The notes below the pieces were generated by a model, which saw nothing but the letters and a program-made list of their open reading frames with translations, ran no database searches and was not told where the DNA came from. From an uncultured Candidatus Saccharibacteria bacterium (GTDB lineage Bacteria; Patescibacteriota; Minisyncoccia; Phycocordibacterales; UBA2100), in the NCBI GenBank assembly GCA_964350885.1, contig CAYGKV010000006.1, positions 18 through 64,017 on the forward strand: a DNA stretch of 64,000 bases. The letters are read 5' to 3'. This document shows, one piece after another, positions 16,899 to 26,448 of the stretch (position 1 is its first letter; every line of letters begins with the position of its first letter). The position numbers and the translations under genes are program-made.

Positions 16899-19532
16899 TT
16901 GCCAATCGCGAACATGACAAAGATAATCACTTCAAGCAGTCTCGGTTTGCTTCTCATGCTCACTCCCTTTGTTTCTTTTGCCGATATCTTAAGCGATCTC
17001 CAAGCTCAAATACAGATGCTTCTCGCCCAGGTCGCGATTCTTGAGCGACAGGTGCAATTGCAAACCCCCGTACTACCGCTGGTTGTTTCTACGCCCCCTT
17101 CGGGTGGAAGTTGCCTCCTACTCTCACGCCCTCTTTCGCAAGGGATGAGCGGCTCTGACGTTACTGCCCTGCAGATATTTTTGTCCCAAGACAGGGTTGT
17201 GTATCCGGAGGCATCTGTCACGGGTTTTTTCGGGCCTCTCACCGAGCGTGCCTTGCAGCGATGGCAAAGCGCGCGCGGCATCGTCTCTTCTGGTAGTCCC
17301 GCCACTACCGGATGGGGGGTCGCTGGGCCACGGACACGCTCGATGATACAGCTCGTCTCGTGTTCAAGTGTGCCGACTCCGCCTGTCACGAATATTCCAC
17401 CGTATGTACCGCCTTCGATTCCTTGTACGATGGGCGGCATCACGGTACCCGCGGGGAGTTTGGTGCCGTTCTACGCGCACTCATCAATTGCAAACGGTCT
17501 GCGCTGCGAACAGTTTATGCAAATGCGGCAGTGCGTAAATGGCGTACTGACTGGCAACAACGAGTATCAATATCCTTCGTGTTCAGTGCGCACGCCGCTT
17601 TCCTGTAATGCAGGCGGCACGACAGTTCAGAACGGAACATCCCAGCTGTTCTACTCGCAGGCCTCGGTCGCATTTGGCGGGTCGTGCAGTGCGGTATCGC
17701 AAATGCGCACCTGTGCCGATGGCGTGCTCTCGGGCTCTTCTCAATACACCTCTGCGTCCTGCTCGGTCGCAGCGGCACAAGCGTGTAGGGTGGATGGTGT
17801 CGAGTTGGCGCACAACACATCCCGCGCGTTCTATTCCAGAGCGTTGGTTGGCTTCGGAGAGAACTGCTTGCCCCATGTGCAGACGCGCGCGTGTACCAAC
17901 GGCACGCTCTCAGGGAGCAGTGATTTCAATAAGACATCCTGCACGAGTGCGACGAGTACCTCGTGCTCGTTGGGTGGTGCCAGTGTCGCCAATACTGCTT
18001 CGAGGCTGTTTTATTCGGTCGAATCTGTCGCCTTCGGGAGCACCTGTACTCCGCATAGCTTGTCCCGCACCTGTACAAACGGCATTTTGAGCGGCACTTC
18101 GACGCATCCATTCCCCACGTGCACTGTCGCGGCGGCTTCATCGTGTGTACTTGATGGAGCCGTTGTCGCGCACAATGCGTCGAGAACCTTCTACACGAGT
18201 GACACGGTTCCATTCGGACAGTCGTGCAGCGCGACTACCGTGGCCAAATCACGTACGTGCACGAATGGGGTATTGGGTGGAGACACTGCGGCCAACAAGG
18301 CATCATGCTCTGTCGGATCGCAGCCAGCCCCCACGTGTTCCATGAGCGTTAACAATCCGATTATTAGGCCGAATCCTCCGACGAACGGTTCGGTGACTGC
18401 GACGTGGGCAAGCCAGAACGCAACGACAGGCAGTTTGTCGTGGGTATCTGGCCAGAATATTTCTGTTGCACCAGCAAGTGGTTCGCGGACGGTCACCTAC
18501 GATTCGATAGGGCAAAAGACGATCACACTTTCTCTCACGGGCCCTGGCGGTTCGGGGCAGTGTAGTACACAAGTGACGGTACAAAATGATTTGCCGCCGA
18601 CCTGCAATCTGAGAGTGACCCGTATCGGGGCGACGACAGCGAGCACGACCGCTGTCACCAATCTCACATACGGTACGTCGATCACGCTTTCCTGGAATAG
18701 CACACGAGCGACCGACTATGCGTCGTCCACTTCCGCGACGACGACTGCGCAAGTCTCATCCGGCTCATCCACTTTTGTGCCCACCGCTTCTGGAGCGATC
18801 ACCTATACATTCAACGGACCTGGCGGACAGTGTCAGAAGAGCGTGACGGTCGGGTATGTCGCACCGACATGCTCAGTAACAGCCGTACCCTCGACGGTAA
18901 TCTATGGAGATTCCGTGACACTCAATTGGACGAGTGCAAACGCCGATTACCTCACCGCGACATCCTCCGATCGCATCGCGATTGCAGGCTCTGTCGTCTT
19001 TCCGAATCAAACATCAACGACCGACTACGTATTCCAGGCATTTGGGAGGGGAGGACAGCGTCAGTGTACGACGCGCGTGACGGTTCCGCAGCGAATTGCT
19101 GTGGATGCCCCAGCCGGGGGTGTCGTCGTCCAGACCGGGAACCAGCTTGCAATCGCTCTGCGTAGCGTCGGCACGCTCCCCACATCTCCGGGCGCCTACC
19201 TAGAGCTCCGCAAATCCGACAACACAAATCTTGGAATTATTGCCACTCGGGTCAATCCAAACGGAAGTCTAGGATGGACCGTGCCAACGACCGTGGGCAA
19301 CAACACGATCACGAGCGGCAGCTACTTCATTCGAGCTACACTCTATCATCCTATGAGTGCATGCTCGGGCACCACGTGTACCGGCTCGGCGATTGTAGAC
19401 GGTAGAGCGGATAGCAGCATCTTCACGATCTCAACAACAACAGTCGCCGCGGGGACGTCTCGGAATCTCGCGAATGCATTGGCCGCACTTGAATCCGCAC
19501 TTAAAGCACTTATCGATCAGTTGAAGCAATAA
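16899..19532 (+). CDS. large secreted surface protein: signal peptide, coiled coil, peptidoglycan-binding-like domain, ~6 Cys-containing ~55-aa repeats, Ig-like repeats, conserved C-terminal helix
   Basis: 877 aa; LSQGMSGSDVTALQIFLS...GFFGPLTERALQRWQ resembles PG_binding_1; repeated C..GG..V.NG.S..FY....V.FG.SC......RTC.NG.LSG......SC modules; C-terminus RNLANALAALESALKALIDQLKQ. Confidence 0.75.
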   Translation: MPIANMTKIITSSSLGLLLMLTPFVSFADILSDLQAQIQMLLAQVAILERQVQLQTPVLPLVVSTPPSGGSCLLLSRPLSQGMSGSDVTALQIFLSQDRVVYPEASVTGFFGPLTERALQRWQSARGIVSSGSPATTGWGVAGPRTRSMIQLVSCSSVPTPPVTNIPPYVPPSIPCTMGGITVPAGSLVPFYAHSSIANGLRCEQFMQMRQCVNGVLTGNNEYQYPSCSVRTPLSCNAGGTTVQNGTSQLFYSQASVAFGGSCSAVSQMRTCADGVLSGSSQYTSASCSVAAAQACRVDGVELAHNTSRAFYSRALVGFGENCLPHVQTRACTNGTLSGSSDFNKTSCTSATSTSCSLGGASVANTASRLFYSVESVAFGSTCTPHSLSRTCTNGILSGTSTHPFPTCTVAAASSCVLDGAVVAHNASRTFYTSDTVPFGQSCSATTVAKSRTCTNGVLGGDTAANKASCSVGSQPAPTCSMSVNNPIIRPNPPTNGSVTATWASQNATTGSLSWVSGQNISVAPASGSRTVTYDSIGQKTITLSLTGPGGSGQCSTQVTVQNDLPPTCNLRVTRIGATTASTTAVTNLTYGTSITLSWNSTRATDYASSTSATTTAQVSSGSSTFVPTASGAITYTFNGPGGQCQKSVTVGYVAPTCSVTAVPSTVIYGDSVTLNWTSANADYLTATSSDRIAIAGSVVFPNQTSTTDYVFQAFGRGGQRQCTTRVTVPQRIAVDAPAGGVVVQTGNQLAIALRSVGTLPTSPGAYLELRKSDNTNLGIIATRVNPNGSLGWTVPTTVGNNTITSGSYFIRATLYHPMSACSGTTCTGSAIVDGRADSSIFTISTTTVAAGTSRNLANALAALESALKALIDQLKQ

Positions 19533-19576
19533 ACTGAACTGGCCTACACGCGCTTGACGTCTTGTGTTCTTGGAGA

Positions 19577-19598
19577 TAAGGTTGATGTATATTAATCA
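19577..19598. promoter_or_regulatory. perfect 9-bp inverted repeat (ATGTATATT-N4-AATATACAT), candidate TA operator
   Basis: Lies directly upstream of the Phd/YefM-RelE operon start (ATG 19605) in an AT-rich promoter region. Confidence 0.5.
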
Positions 19599-19604
19599 AT
19601 ATAC

Positions 19605-19847
19605 ATGCATATGACGAAGACAATTCCCATTTCCAAAGCGCGCGTTAATCTCGGGGCTGTCGTGCGGGGTGTACGTGAGAAGGGTGACGTGATAGTGCTA
19701 GAAAAAGACGGTATACCGGTTGCCTCTATCGTTGGCGTTGACGCTATAGAAGATCTTCGCGACGCATTAGATCTGGCAACAGCGCGCATGAAGACGCAAA
19801 AAGACGCGCTCGTAGACTGGGCAGACGTGCGCGCGAAGTATGTATAA
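19605..19847 (+). CDS. type II antitoxin, Phd/YefM family
   Basis: 80 aa, ISKARVNLGAVVRGVREKGDVIVLEKDGIPVASIV; overlaps the toxin start by 8 nt. Confidence 0.7.
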   Translation: MHMTKTIPISKARVNLGAVVRGVREKGDVIVLEKDGIPVASIVGVDAIEDLRDALDLATARMKTQKDALVDWADVRAKYV

Positions 19848-20088
19848 AGTGCTTCTCAAGACTTCTGCCAAGAAAGAACTCGATTCACTTCCAGCGAGCG
19901 TACAGAAAAGAATTTCTGCTGCCATCGACGAATTGAGACGCATGGGTATTCATGCGAAACATACTATAAAACCTCAAGCCCCGATCGGCGGGTATCGTAA
20001 GCGAGTGGGCGAGTATCGGATTCTCTTCGATCGAGATGCAGAAATCATTCTTGTTCATCAGATTTCGAAACGCTCTGAGGCATACTAA
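19840..20088 (+). CDS. type II toxin, RelE/ParE family
   Basis: 82 aa; KKELDSLPASVQKRISAAIDEL...YRKRVGEYRILFDRDAEIILVHQISKRSEAY is a classic RelE/ParE-like core. Confidence 0.7.
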   Translation: MYKVLLKTSAKKELDSLPASVQKRISAAIDELRRMGIHAKHTIKPQAPIGGYRKRVGEYRILFDRDAEIILVHQISKRSEAY

Positions 20089-20160
20089 ATCCTGAATGAT
20101 GAGCATGGATAACGTTATCCACACGACGTCATATCTAAAAAGGGGGGGTGTGGCATTGTA

Positions 20161-23100
20161 ATGACATTACTTGTAAAACTTTTTTCTTACGTCACGAAAA
20201 ATCGCGTTTGGAAGCGTCGGATTACTCCTCCTCATCCTGCCTTTCACCGTCTCGGCACAATCGCTCACCGATCTCCAAGCCCAAATCCAAGCGCTTCTAG
20301 CTCAGATTGCTGCACTCCAGAATCAACAAACACCAATTACTGATCCACCAACCGACGACTATCCCGGCGATACCCCTTCCTCCTCCTGCCCTCAGCTCTC
20401 CTCCACCCTTCAGAGAGGCGCTCGTGACGCTTCAACAGGTGGACAGGTTTCCGAGCTCCAGATATGGCTTTCCAGCTACTACAACCTCAACGAAGAAGAT
20501 GTCGTCACCGGCTACTTCGGAAGAACGACTGAGCGCTACGTAAAGAAATTCCAGACAGAGCAAGGCCTCCCCTCCTTCGGTATCGTGGACTCCCTTACGC
20601 GCGCCAAAATTGCGCAGGTGTGTGGGGGAAATGTTCCGATCCCTCCATCGTCAGCGAGTCTCTCTGCCTCGCCAATATCCGGTCCTGCACCGCTCACAGT
20701 ATATTTTCAGGGAAGCGGTTCGGCACTGGACCAGGGTGCGTTCATTAATTTCGGTGATGGAACGAATAGTGGTAACGGAATAGTAAACGTGAATCACGCA
20801 TACAACTATCCCGGCACGTATACCGCAACCTTGCATAAAAACGGGGCCAAAGGTGAAATTGTCGCCAGAGCGACCATAACGGTTACCGGAGGCACCGTGG
20901 GAGGCATCACCGTCACAGCCCCCAACGGCGGAAAAAGTTACTGCGTGGGGGACACAATAGATATAAAGTGGGCGCATCCAAGCAACATGAGTTCGGTGAC
21001 GCTACAGTTGTTTACTCCGGGAGTCGGGTTGAATGGCGGAACTATCGGAAGTTACTCAACCCAAGGAACAGGAGTCGGCGGCATACAGTGGCAGTTGAAA
21101 CAGGCCGGGCGATACACTGTCGCGCCGGGACCCCATAAGATCAGCGTACACGGAAATAGCGGTGGCGTTGGGATGTCTGATGAAAGTGATGCGTGGTTTA
21201 CCGTTAAACAATGCGATCAGCCAGGATCGCCCATTTCTGTCACCGCCCCCAACGGGGGTGAGCAGTGGGAGATTGGGCAGCTCAACACAATCACGTGGAA
21301 TCCCTATAACCCGACTGGCACTAACGCATCGAATCAAGTCATCGTTTATCTTGAAAAGTGTGCAGTTGACGGAGGATGTGAGACGGTTGGACGTGTCATA
21401 GAAGCTGGCAAGGCCTCGCTCCATACGTATTTCAACATCAACGATTACCAAACATTTGCGAAGCCAGGCATCTATTATGTACGCGCGGTCAACAACGTAA
21501 CGGGCGCTTGGGATCGAAGTGACAAACCGTTTACACTACTTCCTCGGAGAGCTGATCTGAAGGTAAATGGATCCGACGGCCCAATTACCTTGACTGACAA
21601 CCAAAAAATCACTGTCACATGGTCTGTAAGCGACGCAGATAAGTGTAGCTTGCACAGCGTTCGAGAGTCCTATGGGGCCAATGATGCTGCAATTCATGAT
21701 CTCCCCCCTACTGGAAATCGCGAACTGTACGCATATGTCAATTCGTACAGCTCCAATTTTATCTGGCTGAATTGCTCAAAAGGAGGTTCCGCTTATGCAG
21801 CTGAAGATAAAGTATATGTGAATATTGGCAATGCTCCGGCGAGTCTTCAGGTTAAAAGTCCTAATGGTGGTGAACAGCTTGATCCCAAAAAAGAAATGAT
21901 GATCACATACCTTCCGTCAGGCCTGAAGTCAGTTTCGGTCGCATTATACAAAAATGACCAGTGGAAAACGTGGATTCAGAAAGATGCTGTAATGCTACCC
22001 GATTTTAATTCCCCAGTAGGACCTACGCTGGTTCCGTCCGAATGGATTCAGGGACTAGGGGAAGGCGATAACGCTGGTGCGATTTGGAAGGTCTATGTTA
22101 CCGGGCAAAAAGTCGATGGTAGCGGATACGTCGACGACAAGAGCGACGCGGCGTTTAGTTTTGTCACTTCGCCAACAGTCTCGCGCGGGGTGCACGTCGT
22201 CGGTGTCTACGAGGGCACCTACCCCTCTGGAGTGTTTCATTCCTCCAACAACCATCCGGAAGGAACGGTTAATGTTGCGATTACCGGATTTGCGACCCCT
22301 CCTTCGGTTCTCGTGCTTTCGTCCTACGAACCAATGCACTGGGTCATTAACAATCCGTCCGGGGCCGCCTTTGAGAAAGTCGTCACACTCGGCTATCACG
22401 ATCAACGCGTCAGCGGGCTTCCTACGGGCACTGTGGTAGAGAGTCACACGGTAGCGAAAGACGGAAACTACGCATGGAGCTGCGCGTATGCAAATTACGA
22501 GACGGACGGCGGATGTAGCTATAACAGTCTGAAAAACTGGCTGAGCGCTCGCGGGATGCCGGTCACTACATTTACCGGTAGCTACGCTGGTAAAGCCTTT
22601 ACAGTCTCACTCGGTGGTGCAACGAGTACACCAACAATCTTCGCGGCAAAGAACTCTAGTTTCGGAAATCAGACTCACTTAGCGGGGACGAACAACGCAA
22701 AAATCGGCTCGTTCACACTTTCGGGAACTGGGATCACGCTTCAGAGAATCGTAATAGAACACTCCGCAGAAGCAGTGGCGGCGTTCAGGAGCCTTAAGTT
22801 AGTGGATGCCGTAACGGGAGCACAGATTGGTAATGTTATTGCTACTCCATCGGGAGCCAACACCTTCGCGTTCGGAACCACTACATTACTTTCCGGAACA
22901 AAGACATTCGATGTCTACGCAAACATAATCTCAAGCGCCACGCCTAGAACGCACATTGTGAGCGTTGATGCATCTACAGGAGGTATCATCACGTCAACAG
23001 GTGCGTCAGTGAATATCGGTGCGGATGTAGGACTCCAGACAATTAACGTTCTTGGAAGCGGAGGCGGCACGCTTACAGTCACTCGTGACGTAGGAACGCC

Positions 23101-24928
23101 CATCAACTCAAATGTGATAGCGGGTGCTACGGGTGTACTCGTCGGCAGGTTTGATTTTATGGCACAGAACTCTGCGTACACCGTGCAGGAGCTAAAAGTA
23201 AAAATTCCATCGGATGCGTCAACCTCCGTCTCCAGTGTGACGTTGAAGTACAAAAACTCTGCTGGTGTTGTACAAACAATATCGCAAGCTCTTGCGCTCC
23301 CTTCGGGTACGCAGACGCACGCAATCGCCACATTCACGGGCCTCTCGATGTACGTACCACTCAATGACTCGCGTGACATTGATGTCTACGTAGATGTCCC
23401 AACGATGTCGAATGGTACAAAATCAGGCGCCGCCATTTCCGTAGGTCTCGATGCGGACGAAGGATTCAAGGCATATGACTCTGCGGGCGCTATCGATACC
23501 TCGCTTGCCGCTTCAGACCTCTTCTCCAACTCGTCTCCCGGCTATGGCACCATGTATGTTCGCAAGACCAAGCCGGTCCTTGCAATAGTGGCTCTCGATT
23601 CGACAACGCTAGTCGTCGGATCCAATCAGGTACTTGGTCGCTTCTCGGTCGCAGCTGATGCAGCAGGCATGGTTGATTGGGGGTCGGTGATCTTCACTGT
23701 CGACAAAACTGCGGCTATCACACTCGATTCATTTACAATGTGGAGCGGCTCGAATCAAATCGCGGGTAGTTTCATCGGCGCTGCTTCGTGTCTGAACCAG
23801 ACGACATGCTTCTTGCATTTCCGTCCTACGACTGTCGAGACGATTTCGGCCGGGGTCTCGAAAACATACGAACTCCGTGGGACTGTCGGAAGTATTACTA
23901 TGGGCGGTAACAGCGTTACTGTATCCATCGCAAACCCACAATTATCTGCATCGGCAACGACTAACTTTGCGGCGGTCGCCGGTACGCAAGGCGTGAGCAC
24001 AGCGCCGTCCTTCGTATGGTCTGACTGGTCTGATATTTCCGACCACTCTTCCAACCCAACAGGAGCCTCCACCTCTGACTGGATGGGCGAATATCTTGTA
24101 AAGACACTTCCATTGATTATCGGTAATAAGTTCGTCGCCTTCGACACACTCTCTCCTCTCCCGGGAACACAATCCTGCACCTTCAACGGTCAAACAGTTG
24201 CTCACGGCGCATCGGTGATTGCCCACCAGAGCGCCACGGTACCCTTTGGCCAAACATGCGTCTCACAATCTCGCGCATGCACCAACGGAGTATTGAGTGG
24301 GACGTATACCAACAGTTCGTGCTCCGTCACTCCTGCCCTTGCTCCTACGGGAACAAACGTGTCCCTCGGCACATGGGTAGGCGTGGGTGCCCAAGTCACT
24401 CAGTCCGGCACTACAGCAACGCTGACTGAAAGCACCACCAACGCTCAGCACTTCATCCACAGCTACATCACGGTGCCAGCTGCTTCCACGTGGAAGTTTT
24501 CGTTTGACGCACGTGCAACGGCAGCAGACAGGATAGTGCGTATGCTGGTTATGAATACCGACAACCCGTCTGGTAACCACATAGCGATGCAGTGCACACT
24601 CACTGGCGTAGGCGGTGTCAAAAATAAATGGGGTACTGCGTCAGCGTCAGGTATCGAGGCTTCAGGGACCCAGACCGGTGACGGCTGGTACACTTGCGCA
24701 CTCTCGGGGACACTGAGCTCTGCCTCGATTAGCAAATTAAGACTCGTGATTTTAAGTGAAAACGGAGCTTTGAAGACCTACCAAGGAGACGGTGAGAGCA
24801 AAATCGAATTAAGAAACCTGAAGCTAGAATCATTCTCCTCATCCAGCGCCTCGGCAGAGAGGAATCTTGCATCCGCGCTTGCCGGTCTGGAATCAGCGCT
24901 CCAGTCTCTATTGCAGTTGTTGCGATAG
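20161..24928 (+). CDS. giant (~1,580 aa) secreted surface protein with a frameshift in a T6 tract near the 5' end
   Basis: ATG at 20161 is in frame 1. The frame-2 ORF opens at 20177 and encodes ...RKIAFGSVGLLLLILPFTVSAQSLTDLQAQIQALLAQIAAL, then a PG-binding-like segment, beta-rich repeats and a Cys module, ending RNLASALAGLESALQSLLQLLR. Removing one T from T6 (20180-20185) fuses M-T-L-L-V-K-L-F to this signal peptide. Confidence 0.7.
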
Positions 24929-24968
24929 ATTTTTTTCGTAGGGCTTGAAAAGGTCGGTCTCTCTCTTG

Positions 24969-24997
24969 ACGCAAATGAGAGGTTTGCTATTATCCCT
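24969..24997 (+). promoter_or_regulatory. sigma70-type promoter (TTGACG-17-TATTAT) for tuf
   Basis: cttgacgcaaatgagaggtttgctattatccc; about 180-nt leader containing the palindrome GATCCTGCAGGATC. Confidence 0.5.
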
Positions 24998-25177
24998 TTA
25001 CGCACAAGGCGGTCTTCTTTTTGCCCCTAATCGGTGGCAGAACCTCACAAAGGCGTTGGTATTAAAATTAGTAGTTTATTAAATCAAAGAAAGAGCGCCG
25101 CGAGGTCGCCTCATAAGGACAAAAGGCGACACGATCCTGCAGGATCGGACCTACGCGACATGATTTCGCAAAATCAT

Positions 25178-26377
25178 ATGGCAGAAGAATTTAATCGAAG
25201 CAAGCCACACGTAAACGTCGGCACCATCGGCCACGTCGACCACGGCAAGACCACGCTCACCGCAGCTATTTTGAACGTCCTCTCAAAGGCGGGCAACGGA
25301 TACACCGCGACAGTGAAGGGAGTCGATGATATCGACAAGGCACCGGAAGAGAAGGCGCGCGGTATTACCATCTCGCTCTCGCACTCCGAGTACGAGACGC
25401 CGGCTCGTCACTACGCGCACGTCGATGCTCCTGGCCACGCCGACTACATCAAAAACATGATCACCGGCGCCGCTCAGATGGACGGCGCAATTCTCGTGGT
25501 TGCGGCATCCGACGGTGTTATGCCTCAGACTCGCGAGCACATTCTCCTTGCGAAACAGGTGGGCGTGCCAAAGGTCATCGTATTCTTGAACAAGATTGAT
25601 CAAGTAGATGACAAGGACCTCATCGACCTCGTCGAAGAGGAGGTCCGCGAGCTTCTCGAGAAGCAGGGCTTTGACGGTAAGAACACTCCGGTCATCCGCG
25701 GTTCTGGCCTTAAGGCGCTTGAATCTCCAGAGCCAGGCAATGAGTGGAGCGCGAAGGTCATGGAGCTTGTGAAAGCGCTCGATGAATACATCCCACAGCC
25801 CGTTCGCGAACTCGACAAGCCATTCCTCATGCCAATCGAAGACGTGTTCTCGATCGAAGGTCGAGGTACTGTCGTTACGGGCCGCATTGAGCGCGGTGTT
25901 GTAAAAGTCGGCGAGGAAATCGAAATCGTCGGTATCAAGGACACTGCGAAGACCACAGTTACCGGTGTCGAAATGTTCAACAAATCACTCCAGCAAGGTC
26001 AGGCAGGCGACAACGCGGGCGTGCTTCTCCGCGGCACAAAGAAAGAAGATGTGCACCGCGGACAAGTGCTCTGCAAGCCAGCCTCAGTGAAGCCGCACAC
26101 CGAATTCGAATCCGAAGTCTACATTTTGACCAAGGAAGAGGGCGGTCGTCACACACCGTTCTTCACTGGCTACAAACCACAATTCTACGTTCGCACCACA
26201 GACGTTACCGGAGAGGTAACGCTCAAGGAGGGAGTGGAGATGGTTATGCCAGGCGACACCGTCACCTTCAAAGTGAAATTGGTTGCTCCAATCGCACTCG
26301 AAGATCAAATGCGTTTTGCTATCCGCGAGGGCGGTAAGACCGTGGGAGCAGGTGTTGTTACAAAAGTGGTTGCTTAA
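25178..26377 (+). CDS. tuf: elongation factor Tu
   Basis: [31 protein letters not shown]...; the ORF opens at 25034 but the conserved start is at 25178. Confidence 0.95.
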   Translation: MAEEFNRSKPHVNVGTIGHVDHGKTTLTAAILNVLSKAGNGYTATVKGVDDIDKAPEEKARGITISLSHSEYETPARHYAHVDAPGHADYIKNMITGAAQMDGAILVVAASDGVMPQTREHILLAKQVGVPKVIVFLNKIDQVDDKDLIDLVEEEVRELLEKQGFDGKNTPVIRGSGLKALESPEPGNEWSAKVMELVKALDEYIPQPVRELDKPFLMPIEDVFSIEGRGTVVTGRIERGVVKVGEEIEIVGIKDTAKTTVTGVEMFNKSLQQGQAGDNAGVLLRGTKKEDVHRGQVLCKPASVKPHTEFESEVYILTKEEGGRHTPFFTGYKPQFYVRTTDVTGEVTLKEGVEMVMPGDTVTFKVKLVAPIALEDQMRFAIREGGKTVGAGVVTKVVA

Positions 26378-26394
26378 TTCACTCTTGAACTAAG

Positions 26395-26425
26395 TAGAGA
26401 AAACCCGCCGTTCGGCGGGTTTTCT
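26395..26425. terminator. bidirectional rho-independent terminator
   Basis: gagaaaacccgccgttcggcgggttttcttg, a perfect hairpin flanked by A and T runs, between tuf (+) and the convergent 26449 (-). Confidence 0.75.
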
Positions 26426-26448
26426 TGTGCTTGGAATACGGATGGTTT

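Noticed and set aside
20161-20343. 60-aa ORF MTLLVKLFSYVTKNRVWKRR... as an independent small gene
   Set aside because: Its downstream part is the out-of-frame read of the giant protein's signal peptide. It is interpreted as the frameshifted 5' end of that gene.
24929-25177. tRNA genes upstream of tuf, as in thrU-tyrU-glyT-thrT-tufB arrangements
   Set aside because: No T-loop (GGTTCGAATCC-like) or cloverleaf could be found by eye. The region instead holds a promoter and a structured leader; Infernal/tRNAscan should still be run.
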